Of a stretch of DNA of 64,000 nt, positions 39,318 to 48,148 are shown piece by piece; the first letter of the stretch is position 1, and each line of letters begins with the position of its first letter. The stretch covers positions 3,162,001 to 3,226,000 of the forward strand of contig NZ_CP134949.1 in NCBI RefSeq assembly GCF_032116555.1. Direction: 5' to 3'. Below the pieces are notes generated by a model. That model had not been told where the DNA came from. It searched no databases and was given only the letters and a program-made list of their open reading frames with translations. Source of the stretch: Halorarum halobium (GTDB lineage Archaea; Halobacteriota; Halobacteria; Halobacteriales; Haloferacaceae). Position numbers and translations under genes: made by a program.

Positions 39318-40210
39318 CCACCACCACAACCACCGATCTCGAATCACGCCTGGCTGACCTCGACGACCTGGCACAGCGGGAACTGGACAGGCTGGACGAG
39401 CACCTCGCCGAGGTCGACGACCTGCTGTCGTGGCTCCGGGAGGAACTCCCGGAGGAGGAGGGCGGCGCGGTCGGCGAACTCCGGGAGCTGATCGAGGCCG
39501 TCGACGAGTTCGAGGACGTCGTCTCGACGGCCGACCCGGAGACGCTCGCGGCAGCGATCGAGACCGACGAGGTGGATGTCGACGACGTCCGGGCGATGCT
39601 CGATCCGGACGGGGACATCTCCGTCCGCGACCTGCTGGCGGTGCTCGATCTCGAAGGGCTCTGGGAGGCGACCGACGTTCGTGACCTCTGGGGGGAGATC
39701 CGCGAGTTCCAGGACGAGGCCGACGACGTCGACGTCCTCGGGGACGACGCAGACGCCGGGGACGAAGATGAGGGACTACCGGGCGTGGAGGCCGAGGACG
39801 ATCTCGGCATGGAGGACGTCCCCGACGGGATGGCGGACGACCTCTCCGAGAAGCGGGTTCAATCCACCGTGATGGACGGCGTCGAGTCGTTCCGGGAGTC
39901 GCTCCTGGCGGCACGGACCGAACTGGAGGACCTGCGGGCGGAGAACCGGGCGCGGATGGCCGACCGCCGCGAGACGGTCCACTCCCGGAACCCCACCGCC
40001 GCCTCGACCATGCCCGCCGCCCGGCCGAGCCACCGGGCGGCCGGTCGCTACTCGACGGTTCCCAGGGAGACGAAGTACTCGACAGCGCCGAACAAGCGCC
40101 GCCTCTACGGCAGACGACTCGAGGAGGCGGCGGCCGAACGGGACGACGCCGGCGACGACGACCGACCGGAGGGGAGCGATGACCGAACGGAGGGTAGCGA
40201 CGATGAGTGA
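39314..40210 (+). CDS. gvpI: GvpI-like protein with long acidic N-terminal extension
   Basis: C-terminal RNPTAASTMP...STVP..TKYS...RRLYGRRL resembles GvpI as recalled; syntenic position. Confidence 0.65.
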   Translation: MTTTTTTDLESRLADLDDLAQRELDRLDEHLAEVDDLLSWLREELPEEEGGAVGELRELIEAVDEFEDVVSTADPETLAAAIETDEVDVDDVRAMLDPDGDISVRDLLAVLDLEGLWEATDVRDLWGEIREFQDEADDVDVLGDDADAGDEDEGLPGVEAEDDLGMEDVPDGMADDLSEKRVQSTVMDGVESFRESLLAARTELEDLRAENRARMADRRETVHSRNPTAASTMPAARPSHRAAGRYSTVPRETKYSTAPNKRRLYGRRLEEAAAERDDAGDDDRPEGSDDRTEGSDDE

Positions 40211-40637
40211 GACGCGCCCGACCCGGAGCAGGGACGGCCTCGCCGAGACGCTGGAACTCGTCCTCGACAAGGGACTCGTCATCAACGCCGACGTCGTCGT
40301 CAGCGTCGGCGACACGGAACTGCTCTCGGTCGAACTCCGCGCCGCGCTCGCCTCGTTCGAGACGGCCGCCGAGTACGGCCTCCGGTTCCCCGCCGGCACC
40401 GACACCGACCGGGTCGCCGCGGCCGCCGACGTGCCGCCAGTCCGCGACCGCCCCGAGGGCCAGACGCGGCTCTCGGACCTCGAGGACCTGCGAATCGAGG
40501 ACGATCCGGATGCCGGCGTAAGGAGCGAGGGCGGCGATCCGGACGACGGAGACGAGGCGGCCGACCAGGAAGCCACCGACGAGACCGACCCCGACGCCGA
40601 ACCCGAGGGGGTGCCGGAGGCCGATGACCAGGATTGA
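40203..40637 (+). CDS. gvpJ: gas vesicle protein GvpJ
   Basis: LAETLELVLDKGLVINAD...ASFETAAEYGLRFP. Confidence 0.93.
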   Translation: MSETRPTRSRDGLAETLELVLDKGLVINADVVVSVGDTELLSVELRAALASFETAAEYGLRFPAGTDTDRVAAAADVPPVRDRPEGQTRLSDLEDLRIEDDPDAGVRSEGGDPDDGDEAADQEATDETDPDAEPEGVPEADDQD

Positions 40638-40956
40638 CGTCGACGGCGAGGACGGCGACGACGCCTCGGGCGTCACGGCGCTCGTCGTGACGGTCGTGGA
40701 ACTCCTCGTCGAGGCGCTCCAGCGGGAGGCGCTCCGCCGGATGGAGCGGGGCGACCTGACCGACGAGGAAGTCGAGCGCGTCGGCGCGCAACTCGCCGCC
40801 ATCGAGGCGGAACTGGACGACATGAAGGAGACACAGGGCATCGAGGGGGAGGTCGAGAGGCTCAGGGGGGACCTCGACTCGCTCGTCGGCGACGCGGTCC
40901 GGTCGCTCGACCGGGAGGAGGGAAGCCGAACGCCGGACGCGAGGGGCGATGACTGA
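40624..40956 (+). CDS. gvpK: gas vesicle protein GvpK
   Basis: LVVTVVELL...EALRRMERGDLTDEEVERVG. Confidence 0.93.
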   Translation: MTRIDVDGEDGDDASGVTALVVTVVELLVEALQREALRRMERGDLTDEEVERVGAQLAAIEAELDDMKETQGIEGEVERLRGDLDSLVGDAVRSLDREEGSRTPDARGDD

Positions 40957-41776
40957 GGTCGGCTTCGCGGAGGGGCGGTACCTCTACTGCGTCGTCGACG
41001 CGAGCGGTCCCGGCGCCGAACGCGACGGCGAGCGCGCCGACAGGGAGGGCGTCGACGCCGCGCGCGAGTTCTCCCCCGAGGGAATCGAGGGCGGCGAGCC
41101 GTACGTCGTCGGGTCGGACGGCGTCGGCGCGGTCGTCCAGCCCCGGGGCGAGCCGTTCGACAGCGACGACCTCCGGCGGGTGAAGCGGTGGCTGCTCGCC
41201 CACCAGCGCGTCGTCGACGCCGCGGGGCAGGCGTTCGGCACGCCGCTCCCGTTCCGGTTCGACACCATCCACGAGGGCGACGACGACGCGGTCCGGGAGT
41301 GGCTCCGGTCCGAGCGCGACGCGCTCCGGGCCAACCTCGACGCGTTCGCCGGGAAGTGGGAGTACCGCGTGACGCTCACCGTCGACGGCGAGTTCGACCC
41401 CGACGACGAGGAACTGTCCGATCTGCGGGCCCGCATCGACGCGGCGGGCGAGGGCGAGGCGTTCCTGCTGGAAAAGCAGTACGAGCGCCGACTGACCGAC
41501 CTCGAACGCGAGCGCGACGATCGACTGGCGGCCGACCTCCGGGAGCGACTGGCGCCGCTTGTCGCCGACGTCGAACCGGTCGAGTCGGGCGGCGTGCTGG
41601 ACGAGGGACCGGCCGGAAATCGGGTGACTGGACTCGCGCTGCTGGCCCAGAGGGAGCAGGAGTCTGCCATCGGCTCGGAACTGGACGAGGTGGTCGCGGA
41701 CCCGGACCTCGACGTGGAGTTCACCGGGCCGTGGCCGCCGTACTCGTTCGCGCCGGAACTGGGGGGGTCCGGGTGA
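40949..41776 (+). CDS. gvpL: gas vesicle protein GvpL
   Basis: GRYLYCVV...TPLPFRFDT...GPWPPYSFAP. Confidence 0.92.
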   Translation: MTEVGFAEGRYLYCVVDASGPGAERDGERADREGVDAAREFSPEGIEGGEPYVVGSDGVGAVVQPRGEPFDSDDLRRVKRWLLAHQRVVDAAGQAFGTPLPFRFDTIHEGDDDAVREWLRSERDALRANLDAFAGKWEYRVTLTVDGEFDPDDEELSDLRARIDAAGEGEAFLLEKQYERRLTDLERERDDRLAADLRERLAPLVADVEPVESGGVLDEGPAGNRVTGLALLAQREQESAIGSELDEVVADPDLDVEFTGPWPPYSFAPELGGSG

Positions 41777-42168
41777 AGCCGACGAAAGAGGAGGGCGCGG
41801 TGACGGACCTGCTCGACGTGCTGCTCGAGGAGGGCGTCGTCCTCCAGGCCGACGTCGTCGTCTCCGTCGCGGACGTGCCGCTGGTCGGCGTGAACCTCCG
41901 CGCGGCGGTCGCCGGGATGGCGACGATGACCGAGCACGGCTTCTTCGAGGAGTGGGACCGGGAGGTCCGCGGGCGGGCGGAGTCGGATCGAGCGGAGATG
42001 CGATCGGCCGGAAGCCCCGACCCCGCGAATGCCCCGGAAACGGCCGAGACTCCCCGGAGCGTGAGCCCCCGAGTCGCGGACTACGGCGGCCAGTCCGCCG
42101 ACGGCGACGGATCCGCCCCGGACGACCCGGACGCGGCCGATTCGGCCGACGGGGACCGGGACGCCTGA
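41773..42168 (+). CDS. gvpM: gas vesicle protein GvpM
   Basis: GTG start; DLLDVLLEEGVVLQADVVVSVADVPL...AGMATMTEHG. Confidence 0.9.
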   Translation: MKPTKEEGAVTDLLDVLLEEGVVLQADVVVSVADVPLVGVNLRAAVAGMATMTEHGFFEEWDREVRGRAESDRAEMRSAGSPDPANAPETAETPRSVSPRVADYGGQSADGDGSAPDDPDAADSADGDRDA

Positions 42169-42220
42169 GGCGAGCTCACGTATCGAAACCCTTAGTGTCG
42201 GACTGTTCGAACCCGCGACC

Positions 42221-42487
42221 ATGCAGAAACTCATCGTCCGCGGCGACCCCGGCATCCGGACGGATGCCATCATCAACTACGGGGGCGAGGAGCAGGTGGT
42301 GTTCTCCTGCCAGCGACAGGGCGACTGGCACGGCCCCGACGAGCCCCAGCTCTGGTGTACGATCGGCACCGAGGCCGAGCGCGAGGCGTTCGAGAAGCGC
42401 GAGTACGTCCCCCACTGGCTCGACGTCGACGCCATCGACGCGGAGGCGCTCGACGTGGTGAAATCGAAGGGCGACCTCGCGGTCTGA
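42221..42487 (+). CDS. conserved haloarchaeal small protein (HAH_0734-like)
   Basis: MQKLIVRGDPGIR...QLWCTIG. Confidence 0.8.
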   Translation: MQKLIVRGDPGIRTDAIINYGGEEQVVFSCQRQGDWHGPDEPQLWCTIGTEAEREAFEKREYVPHWLDVDAIDAEALDVVKSKGDLAV

Positions 42488-42651
42488 GTCGGGTTCCCTT
42501 TTCGGTCGTCTCGTCGTCCTCGAGTTGCGCCGCTCGCCGTGATGGCGGGTCGTAGCGAACGTCACGGCGAGCGTCGGCGTCGATCCGGTAACTCGGTCGG
42601 TCTCGTGGTGGCCCTGGCCGTCGGCTCTTCCGGTAGTTCTCCTGTCGTGGC

Positions 42652-42883
42652 GACCGCCTCGAAAGCCCCCGCGGCCCCGTTCAGTCCCACCCACCGTACC
42701 GCAACTGCACAGCACCGCGCCTCTCCCTCCCTTACCTCGGAGCGAGCTCCTCGGACCTCACCCTCGCTCCGCTCGCGTGAGCAGCCTCCTGCGCTCCTCG
42801 GCTCGCTCACTGCGTTCGCGAGCCTCTGGTGCTCGTCCCTCGCGCGATTCGGCCGCCCACGAGGGGCGGCCGCCGCGCGCCGC
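42652..42883 (+). repeat. intergenic modular hairpin repeat, empty core plus downstream module
   Basis: GAAAGCCCCCGCGGCCCCGTTCAGTCCCACCC at 42661-42692. Confidence 0.88.
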
Positions 42884-42974
42884 GTGGTCGGGTCGACTTC
42901 GCCCCCGGAGCCGAGTGTGAAACCTCGCTTTGTCCCAACGGGGGCTATTTATCGGAGGCCTCGGAGGTGCGCGT

Positions 42975-43829
42975 ATGGTCGAACTGAACTCGGAGACCCT
43001 CTTCAACGGCGCGGCGGCCGCGGTGGCCACCGTCGCCGCGCTCATGTTCATCGTCAACGTCCAGTTCCCCTACTCGCCCGCGACGAAGATCGCGCTCGTG
43101 CTGGTGTTTCTCGCGGGCATCTTCCTCATCACCCAGCGCACGAGCGACTACCAGCTGACCGTCCTCGGCTACGGCGTCATCGTCGCCTCGGGGCTCGCGC
43201 TGTTCTTCGAGGTGATCGGGCTGTTCAGCGCCGGCACCACGCCCACCGTCTTCGGCCTGCTCGTCATCGCTGGCCTGCTGTTCGCGCTCCGCACCCGCCT
43301 CGACGAGGACAGCCGATTCGTGTCCGCAAGGCAGGCGCGGTACCTGCTCGCCGCGGTCGCAGTGTTCGCGGCGCTCGTGCTCGTCGTCGACGTCGTCAGC
43401 GGCGGGCTCGTCTACGAGCTCCAGCCCGAGAGCGAGGTGGAGATCGCCGGCCAGCAGGAGTACCGCGGCGAGAGCCGGATCGGCTCCCTCGTCGTGTCGA
43501 ACCCGACGCCGCTCCCCGAGCGCGTCGAGACGCCGCGCTACGAGGCGTGTGCGGCCGGCAACTGGAGCGCGTACGACCCGCCGTCGCCCGAGGGCGAACC
43601 CGAGCGCGAGGCCAGCCTCCACGCGAACGTCCAGAGCGGCTACGACGAACACGTGCTCCCGTTCGGGGCGGAGCGGTACCCGATCACCGTCTACGTCAAC
43701 GGCGCGAACGTCGAGGGCGAGTCGTTCCGGATCGAGACGACCGAGGAGTGCCCCGACGACGGGAGCGGAACGCCGTACATCGCGCTGTTCGAGGTCCCCG
43801 AGGACCGGTCGTACGCCTACGCCGTCTGA
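42975..43829 (+). CDS. membrane protein with extracellular C-terminal domain
   Basis: about 5 TM helices followed by an acidic domain with 2 Cys; GGAGG upstream. Confidence 0.75.
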   Translation: MVELNSETLFNGAAAAVATVAALMFIVNVQFPYSPATKIALVLVFLAGIFLITQRTSDYQLTVLGYGVIVASGLALFFEVIGLFSAGTTPTVFGLLVIAGLLFALRTRLDEDSRFVSARQARYLLAAVAVFAALVLVVDVVSGGLVYELQPESEVEIAGQQEYRGESRIGSLVVSNPTPLPERVETPRYEACAAGNWSAYDPPSPEGEPEREASLHANVQSGYDEHVLPFGAERYPITVYVNGANVEGESFRIETTEECPDDGSGTPYIALFEVPEDRSYAYAV

Positions 43830-43874
43830 GCCGTCGGGCGACCGCCTCTTCTCGCCCGCTGACGCCCCCGGATG

Positions 43875-46247
43875 CTACGCGGGCAACTCGTCCCGGTTCA
43901 CGCGATACAGCGTCACCGTCGGCGTCTCCACGACCGGCTCGACGCCGGCGATGGCGTCGAAGTTCACCGTGTCGTCGTACCGGATCTCCTCGCCGGGGCC
44001 GACCCAGACGTACTCGACGTCGTACGCGTTCAGCACCGCGACCGTCTCCTCTTCCATCGTGTAGGCGTCGTCGACGTCGCGCACGCGGTCGAAGTACGCC
44101 TCCGGCCCGCGGTAGCCGACCTCGTGGTGCCAGCCCGCGACGGTCTGAACGCCGGTGAGGCTCGCGGCCGGACTCGCCTCCCACTGGTACATCCCCGGCC
44201 CGTGGCCGTACCGGTTCGCCGCGCCCGGATACACCCCCGTCGCGGGGGCCGAGAGGATGGTCGGCTGACCGTCCGTCTCGTCGAGGTACTCGATGGCCGG
44301 GGCCTCGCCGGGGTGGTGCGTCTCGACGAACTGGGTCCCGTCGAGCGTCGGGCCGCCCGCCGGCCCCCCGCCGCCGACGTGGCCCGGCAGCGCGAACGCC
44401 GCGTACGCCCCGGTCGTCACGACCAGCGCGGCGACGGCGAGCGACGACGCCGTCCGCCGGGATCCCGGGCTCGGCCAGAGCGTGGCCCCCGCCCGGCGGA
44501 CCGGCGCGAGGAAGCTCGCCAGCACGACGCCCATCGCGGTCGCCCAGAGCGGCCAGACCTGCGCGTACGTCTTGAACACAGTGTTCATCCGGCCCGGCCC
44601 GGCCTGCTCGTTCAGGTACACCACCTCGACGAGCAGGACCAGCCCCGCGCCGGCGACGACGAGCACCGTCTCGAACCCGGCGCGCTCGGTCCGCAGCGCG
44701 ACCCACGCGGTCGCCATCAGCGGGACCAGCAGCGCGACGGCCGGGAACCCGACGGACAGCGCGACCGCGGCGAACCCCGCCACGACGACGAGCAGTTCGA
44801 CGGGTCGTTCGCGGCCGACGCGGCCGAACAGGGACGCGCCGAACGCGGCGAGGAACGCGCCGTGGACCGCGATCAGCCCCGCGAGCCCGGAGCGCATGTC
44901 GGGAGTGAGCAGCTCGACGGTCCTGGTTCCGCCGCCGGTGGCGAAGACGCCGAGCAGGAACGGCGCGGCGACGACGGCCGCGAGCAGCCCCGCGCCGGCG
45001 ACGAGGACGGCCGCGACGACCGGGCGGGCGAGTTCGGCAGCGAGCCGCGAGTCGCCGGTCGCCTCGTCGAGTCGCTCCCGCGCGACCCCGGGGAGCATCG
45101 TTCGCGGCGCGAGCGGCGCGAACGTGAGGCCGAGCCACGCGAGGCCGAACACGCTCGGGAAGCTCCAGGTGTTGACGACCGCCTGGAAGCCGCCGATCAC
45201 GGGGAGTGCGCCGAACAGCAGGAGTCCGCGGCGTCGCGTGACGTCCGTCACGCTTCCCCCGTCGGTCGCGCTCCCGGCGGCGGCTCCGGTCCCGGAGCCG
45301 GCGCGATAGAGCGCGAACGCGACCGCCGCGGCCAGCAGCAGGAACGGCGTGTCGGTCATGTGCGCGTGCAGGTCGCCGTTGAGCCACGCGAACAGCGGGA
45401 ACTCGTTGATGGTGCCCGGGATGACCCGGCTGGCGGTCCAGTAGGAGAACTCCCGCGCGGCCTCGTGGGTCGGGTCGAACCCGAACGTCGCGCCGAGCCG
45501 GACCCTGAGGTCGGCCGGGACGTATTGGAAGAGGACCCAGCCGGCCGTCACGAGGTTCGCCGCGACGCCGACGAAGAACGCGGCGAGCGCGCCGGCGCGA
45601 CGACGGCCCAGCCCGCGGCGCGCGGCGACGTTGCCGGCGAGGTCGAACGCCGCAGTGACGAGCATGGCGAAAAAGCCCGCGAGCCCGAGGTTGTACGCGA
45701 AGTCCGCGGACGTGCCGGTGAGCATGGCGAGCAGCGCGGTCAGCAGGTGGCCGCCGTAGTAGTAGCGCACCGGCTCCCCGGCGAACCACATGTCGCGGGG
45801 CGGGAGCACGTCCGCGAGCAGTAGCGAGTTCAGCAGTCCGAAGTCGAGGAACTTCTCGCCCCCGAGCGGGTCGACGGCCGGGTCGAACCCGCGGATGACG
45901 ACCACGAGCGCGAACGCCGCGAGGAAGACGAGCGCGGTGTCGCGGACCGCGGCGCGGTTCACCGACGCCGCCGGCTCGAACTCGCCCCGACGGAGCGCCT
46001 CGCGGTCCAGGCCGGCGAGCGCCGAGAGCGCGACGAGGACGACGAGCGAGGCGACGAGCGCCGGGAGGCCGAACGCGAGGTGGCCGACCCAGAAGGAGAC
46101 GACGCCGAGCACGAGCAGCGAGACGGGGAGGGCGAACCCGGCACCCCGGGAGGCCGACTCGGGGAACAGCCGGGCGGCGAGCGGGAGGCCGAGGGCGGCG
46201 AGTGCCGCGTAGGCGAGGAGCCACGCGGCGAGCAGACCGTATTCCAT
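43875..46247 (-). CDS. DUF2298 / YYY-domain polytopic membrane protein
   Basis: GGEKFLDFG, PPRDMWFAGEPVRYYYGG, INEFP, GDLHAH, RMNTVFK. Confidence 0.88.
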   Translation of the reverse strand: MEYGLLAAWLLAYAALAALGLPLAARLFPESASRGAGFALPVSLLVLGVVSFWVGHLAFGLPALVASLVVLVALSALAGLDREALRRGEFEPAASVNRAAVRDTALVFLAAFALVVVIRGFDPAVDPLGGEKFLDFGLLNSLLLADVLPPRDMWFAGEPVRYYYGGHLLTALLAMLTGTSADFAYNLGLAGFFAMLVTAAFDLAGNVAARRGLGRRRAGALAAFFVGVAANLVTAGWVLFQYVPADLRVRLGATFGFDPTHEAAREFSYWTASRVIPGTINEFPLFAWLNGDLHAHMTDTPFLLLAAAVAFALYRAGSGTGAAAGSATDGGSVTDVTRRRGLLLFGALPVIGGFQAVVNTWSFPSVFGLAWLGLTFAPLAPRTMLPGVARERLDEATGDSRLAAELARPVVAAVLVAGAGLLAAVVAAPFLLGVFATGGGTRTVELLTPDMRSGLAGLIAVHGAFLAAFGASLFGRVGRERPVELLVVVAGFAAVALSVGFPAVALLVPLMATAWVALRTERAGFETVLVVAGAGLVLLVEVVYLNEQAGPGRMNTVFKTYAQVWPLWATAMGVVLASFLAPVRRAGATLWPSPGSRRTASSLAVAALVVTTGAYAAFALPGHVGGGGPAGGPTLDGTQFVETHHPGEAPAIEYLDETDGQPTILSAPATGVYPGAANRYGHGPGMYQWEASPAASLTGVQTVAGWHHEVGYRGPEAYFDRVRDVDDAYTMEEETVAVLNAYDVEYVWVGPGEEIRYDDTVNFDAIAGVEPVVETPTVTLYRVNRDELPA

Positions 46248-46386
46248 TTGGTACCATGGTCGCCCGCCCGACCAAGTTCCTTTTGGACCGCGGCCGCCGG
46301 TCGGGCCGCCGCCGGATTCGTTCGGAGAGCCCCGACCGCACGCCCGTTCCGCACGGCTTTTACCCACCCCGCGGATACGGGAGCGC

Positions 46387-47178
46387 ATGCCGACAGTCGG
46401 CGTCGTCGTCCCCGCGTACGACCCCGAACCGGAGCGGCTCCGCGGCTACCTCCGGGACCTCCGTGCCGTGCTCGACCCCGCGGAGCTCCGGGTCGAACTC
46501 GACGCGCCCGCCCCCGGTCAGCCCGCCTCGCTGGACCTCCCGGACGGGGTCGAGTGTGCCGTCTCCTCGCGCCGCCGCGGCAAGGGCGCGGCCGTCACCG
46601 CGGGGTTCGAGGCGCTCTCGACGGACGTCCTCGCGTTCGCCGACGCCGACGGCGCGACGCCGGCCGACTCGCTGGACGACGTGGTCTCGACGGTACTCGA
46701 GGGCGAGACGGACCTCGCGGTCGGCTCGCGTCGCCACCCGAACGCCGACGTACGCTCCCACCAGACGTTCGCGCGGCGCTTCCTCGGCGACGGCTACGCC
46801 TGGGTCGCGCGCCGCCTGCTCGAGGCCGACCTGTACGACTACCAGTGTGGCGCGAAGGCGACGACGGCCGACGCCTGGGACGCCGTCCGGGGCCACCTGT
46901 ACGAGCCGGGGTTCGCCTGGGACATCGAACTCGTCGCGGTCGCGGCGGCCCTGGAGTTCGGCATCACCGAGGTGCCGGTCACGTGGGAGGATCAGCCGGG
47001 CTCGACCGTCTCGCCCGTCAGGGACACCCTCGACATGGGTCGGGGGCTGCTCGTGGCCCGCCACCGCGCGCGGCTGATCCGGAACGACAGGCTGCACCGG
47101 CTGTTCGACCGCGAGGACGCGACCGCGCTCGTGGAGGGGCCCGACGAGGACCCGGAGCCGGGGAGCGACCCGCGATGA
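46387..47178 (+). CDS. GT2 glycosyltransferase (polyprenol-phosphate sugar synthase-like)
   Basis: VVPAY, GKGAAV, DADG, GSR, DYQCGAK, WDIEL. Confidence 0.9.
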   Translation: MPTVGVVVPAYDPEPERLRGYLRDLRAVLDPAELRVELDAPAPGQPASLDLPDGVECAVSSRRRGKGAAVTAGFEALSTDVLAFADADGATPADSLDDVVSTVLEGETDLAVGSRRHPNADVRSHQTFARRFLGDGYAWVARRLLEADLYDYQCGAKATTADAWDAVRGHLYEPGFAWDIELVAVAAALEFGITEVPVTWEDQPGSTVSPVRDTLDMGRGLLVARHRARLIRNDRLHRLFDREDATALVEGPDEDPEPGSDPR

Positions 47179-47699
47179 CGGACGGCTCCGACGGCGACGG
47201 CCCGGGCGAGACGGGCGCGAGCGCCCGGACCGCCTCCGCCGGCCGCCTACGGGGTGACGGGGCGCTCGCCACGCTCGCCTCGGGGACGCGAATCGGCCAG
47301 TTCGTCTCCGTCGGCGTCGCCGGCGCGACGGTGGAGACGCTCATCGTCGCGCTGCTCACGGCGGGGCTGGCGGCGCCGCCACTCGCCGCGAAGGCGGTCG
47401 GCGCGGAGACGTCCATCTCGCTCATGTTCCTGCTGAACGACCGGTTCACGTTCGGCGAGGAGGGCGGGGCGGGGCTGGCGGCCGCGGGTCGCCGCTGGGC
47501 CCGCTCGCACCTCGTCAGGCTCGGCGGGCTGGCGGTCGCGTTCGCGGTGCTCTGGCTGCTGACCGCGCGGACCGACGTGCGGCTGGTGATCGCCGGCGCG
47601 GACTTCTGGCCGACCGTCGCCAACCTCATCGGCATCGGGGTCGGGATGGTGCTGAACTACGTCGCCGAGAGCGTGTTCACCTGGCGCGTGCTGGAGTGA
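47175..47699 (+). CDS. GtrA family flippase-like membrane protein
   Basis: QFVSVG, NDRFTF, NYVAESVFTW. Confidence 0.88.
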   Translation: MTDGSDGDGPGETGASARTASAGRLRGDGALATLASGTRIGQFVSVGVAGATVETLIVALLTAGLAAPPLAAKAVGAETSISLMFLLNDRFTFGEEGGAGLAAAGRRWARSHLVRLGGLAVAFAVLWLLTARTDVRLVIAGADFWPTVANLIGIGVGMVLNYVAESVFTWRVLE

Positions 47700-47774
47700 G
47701 CGTGGCTGAGAGTGGCATACGGCGGCGGATTTGGAAACACAACCCTTACAAGCGGCCACCGTGTTCAATCCGAT

Positions 47775-47849
47775 AGCGGGATGGGATAGCCAGGAGATTC
47801 CGCCGGGCTCATAACCCGGAGATCGGTAGTTCAAATCTACCTCCCGCTA
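47775..47849 (+). tRNA. tRNA-Met(CAT), initiator type
   Basis: AGCGGGA/TCCCGCT acceptor with A1-U72; GGG-CTCATAA-CCC anticodon arm; GTTCAAAT T-arm. Confidence 0.95.
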
Positions 47850-47910
47850 TGATTTCCGGCACACGATACGAACGGCGAGCGGAGCGAGCCGTGCGCCGGA
47901 GTGTACGTCC

Positions 47911-47988
47911 GAGGTAGATTTGAAGAGGACGAGGCGCGCGCAGCGTCAGCGAGCACGTCTCGGCGTGGTTCAAATCTACCTCCCGCTA
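47911..47988. repeat. inverted (47911-47924) and direct (47968-47988) copies of the tRNA 3' end
   Basis: GTTCAAATCTACCTCCCGCTA identical to 47829-47849; GAGGTAGATTTGAA is a reverse complement of part of it. Confidence 0.92.
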
Positions 47989-48148
47989 CTTCTCCGCGAC
48001 GTTCACGGCGAACGACGAGCGAAGCGAGTCGTGCGCCGGCCCGCGACCGCGTTTCGAGGCGACGCCCCGACGCCATCGACCGCGAACGTCGAGCACAGCG
48101 AGACGCGAGCGGTCGAGTCGCGCGGGAGGGCTCACGAACGGTTCGAAC

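Noticed and set aside
38184..40841. Very long alternative ORFs (885 aa here; also 43696-46341, 56547-58790, 5658-7817 and others)
   Set aside because: Arg/Pro/Gly-rich or antisense shadows of real genes, expected from stop-codon scarcity at high GC.
47829..48040. CRISPR array or intact provirus at the tRNA
   Set aside because: Only two direct copies of a tRNA-derived sequence 139 bp apart, with no cas or integrase genes.
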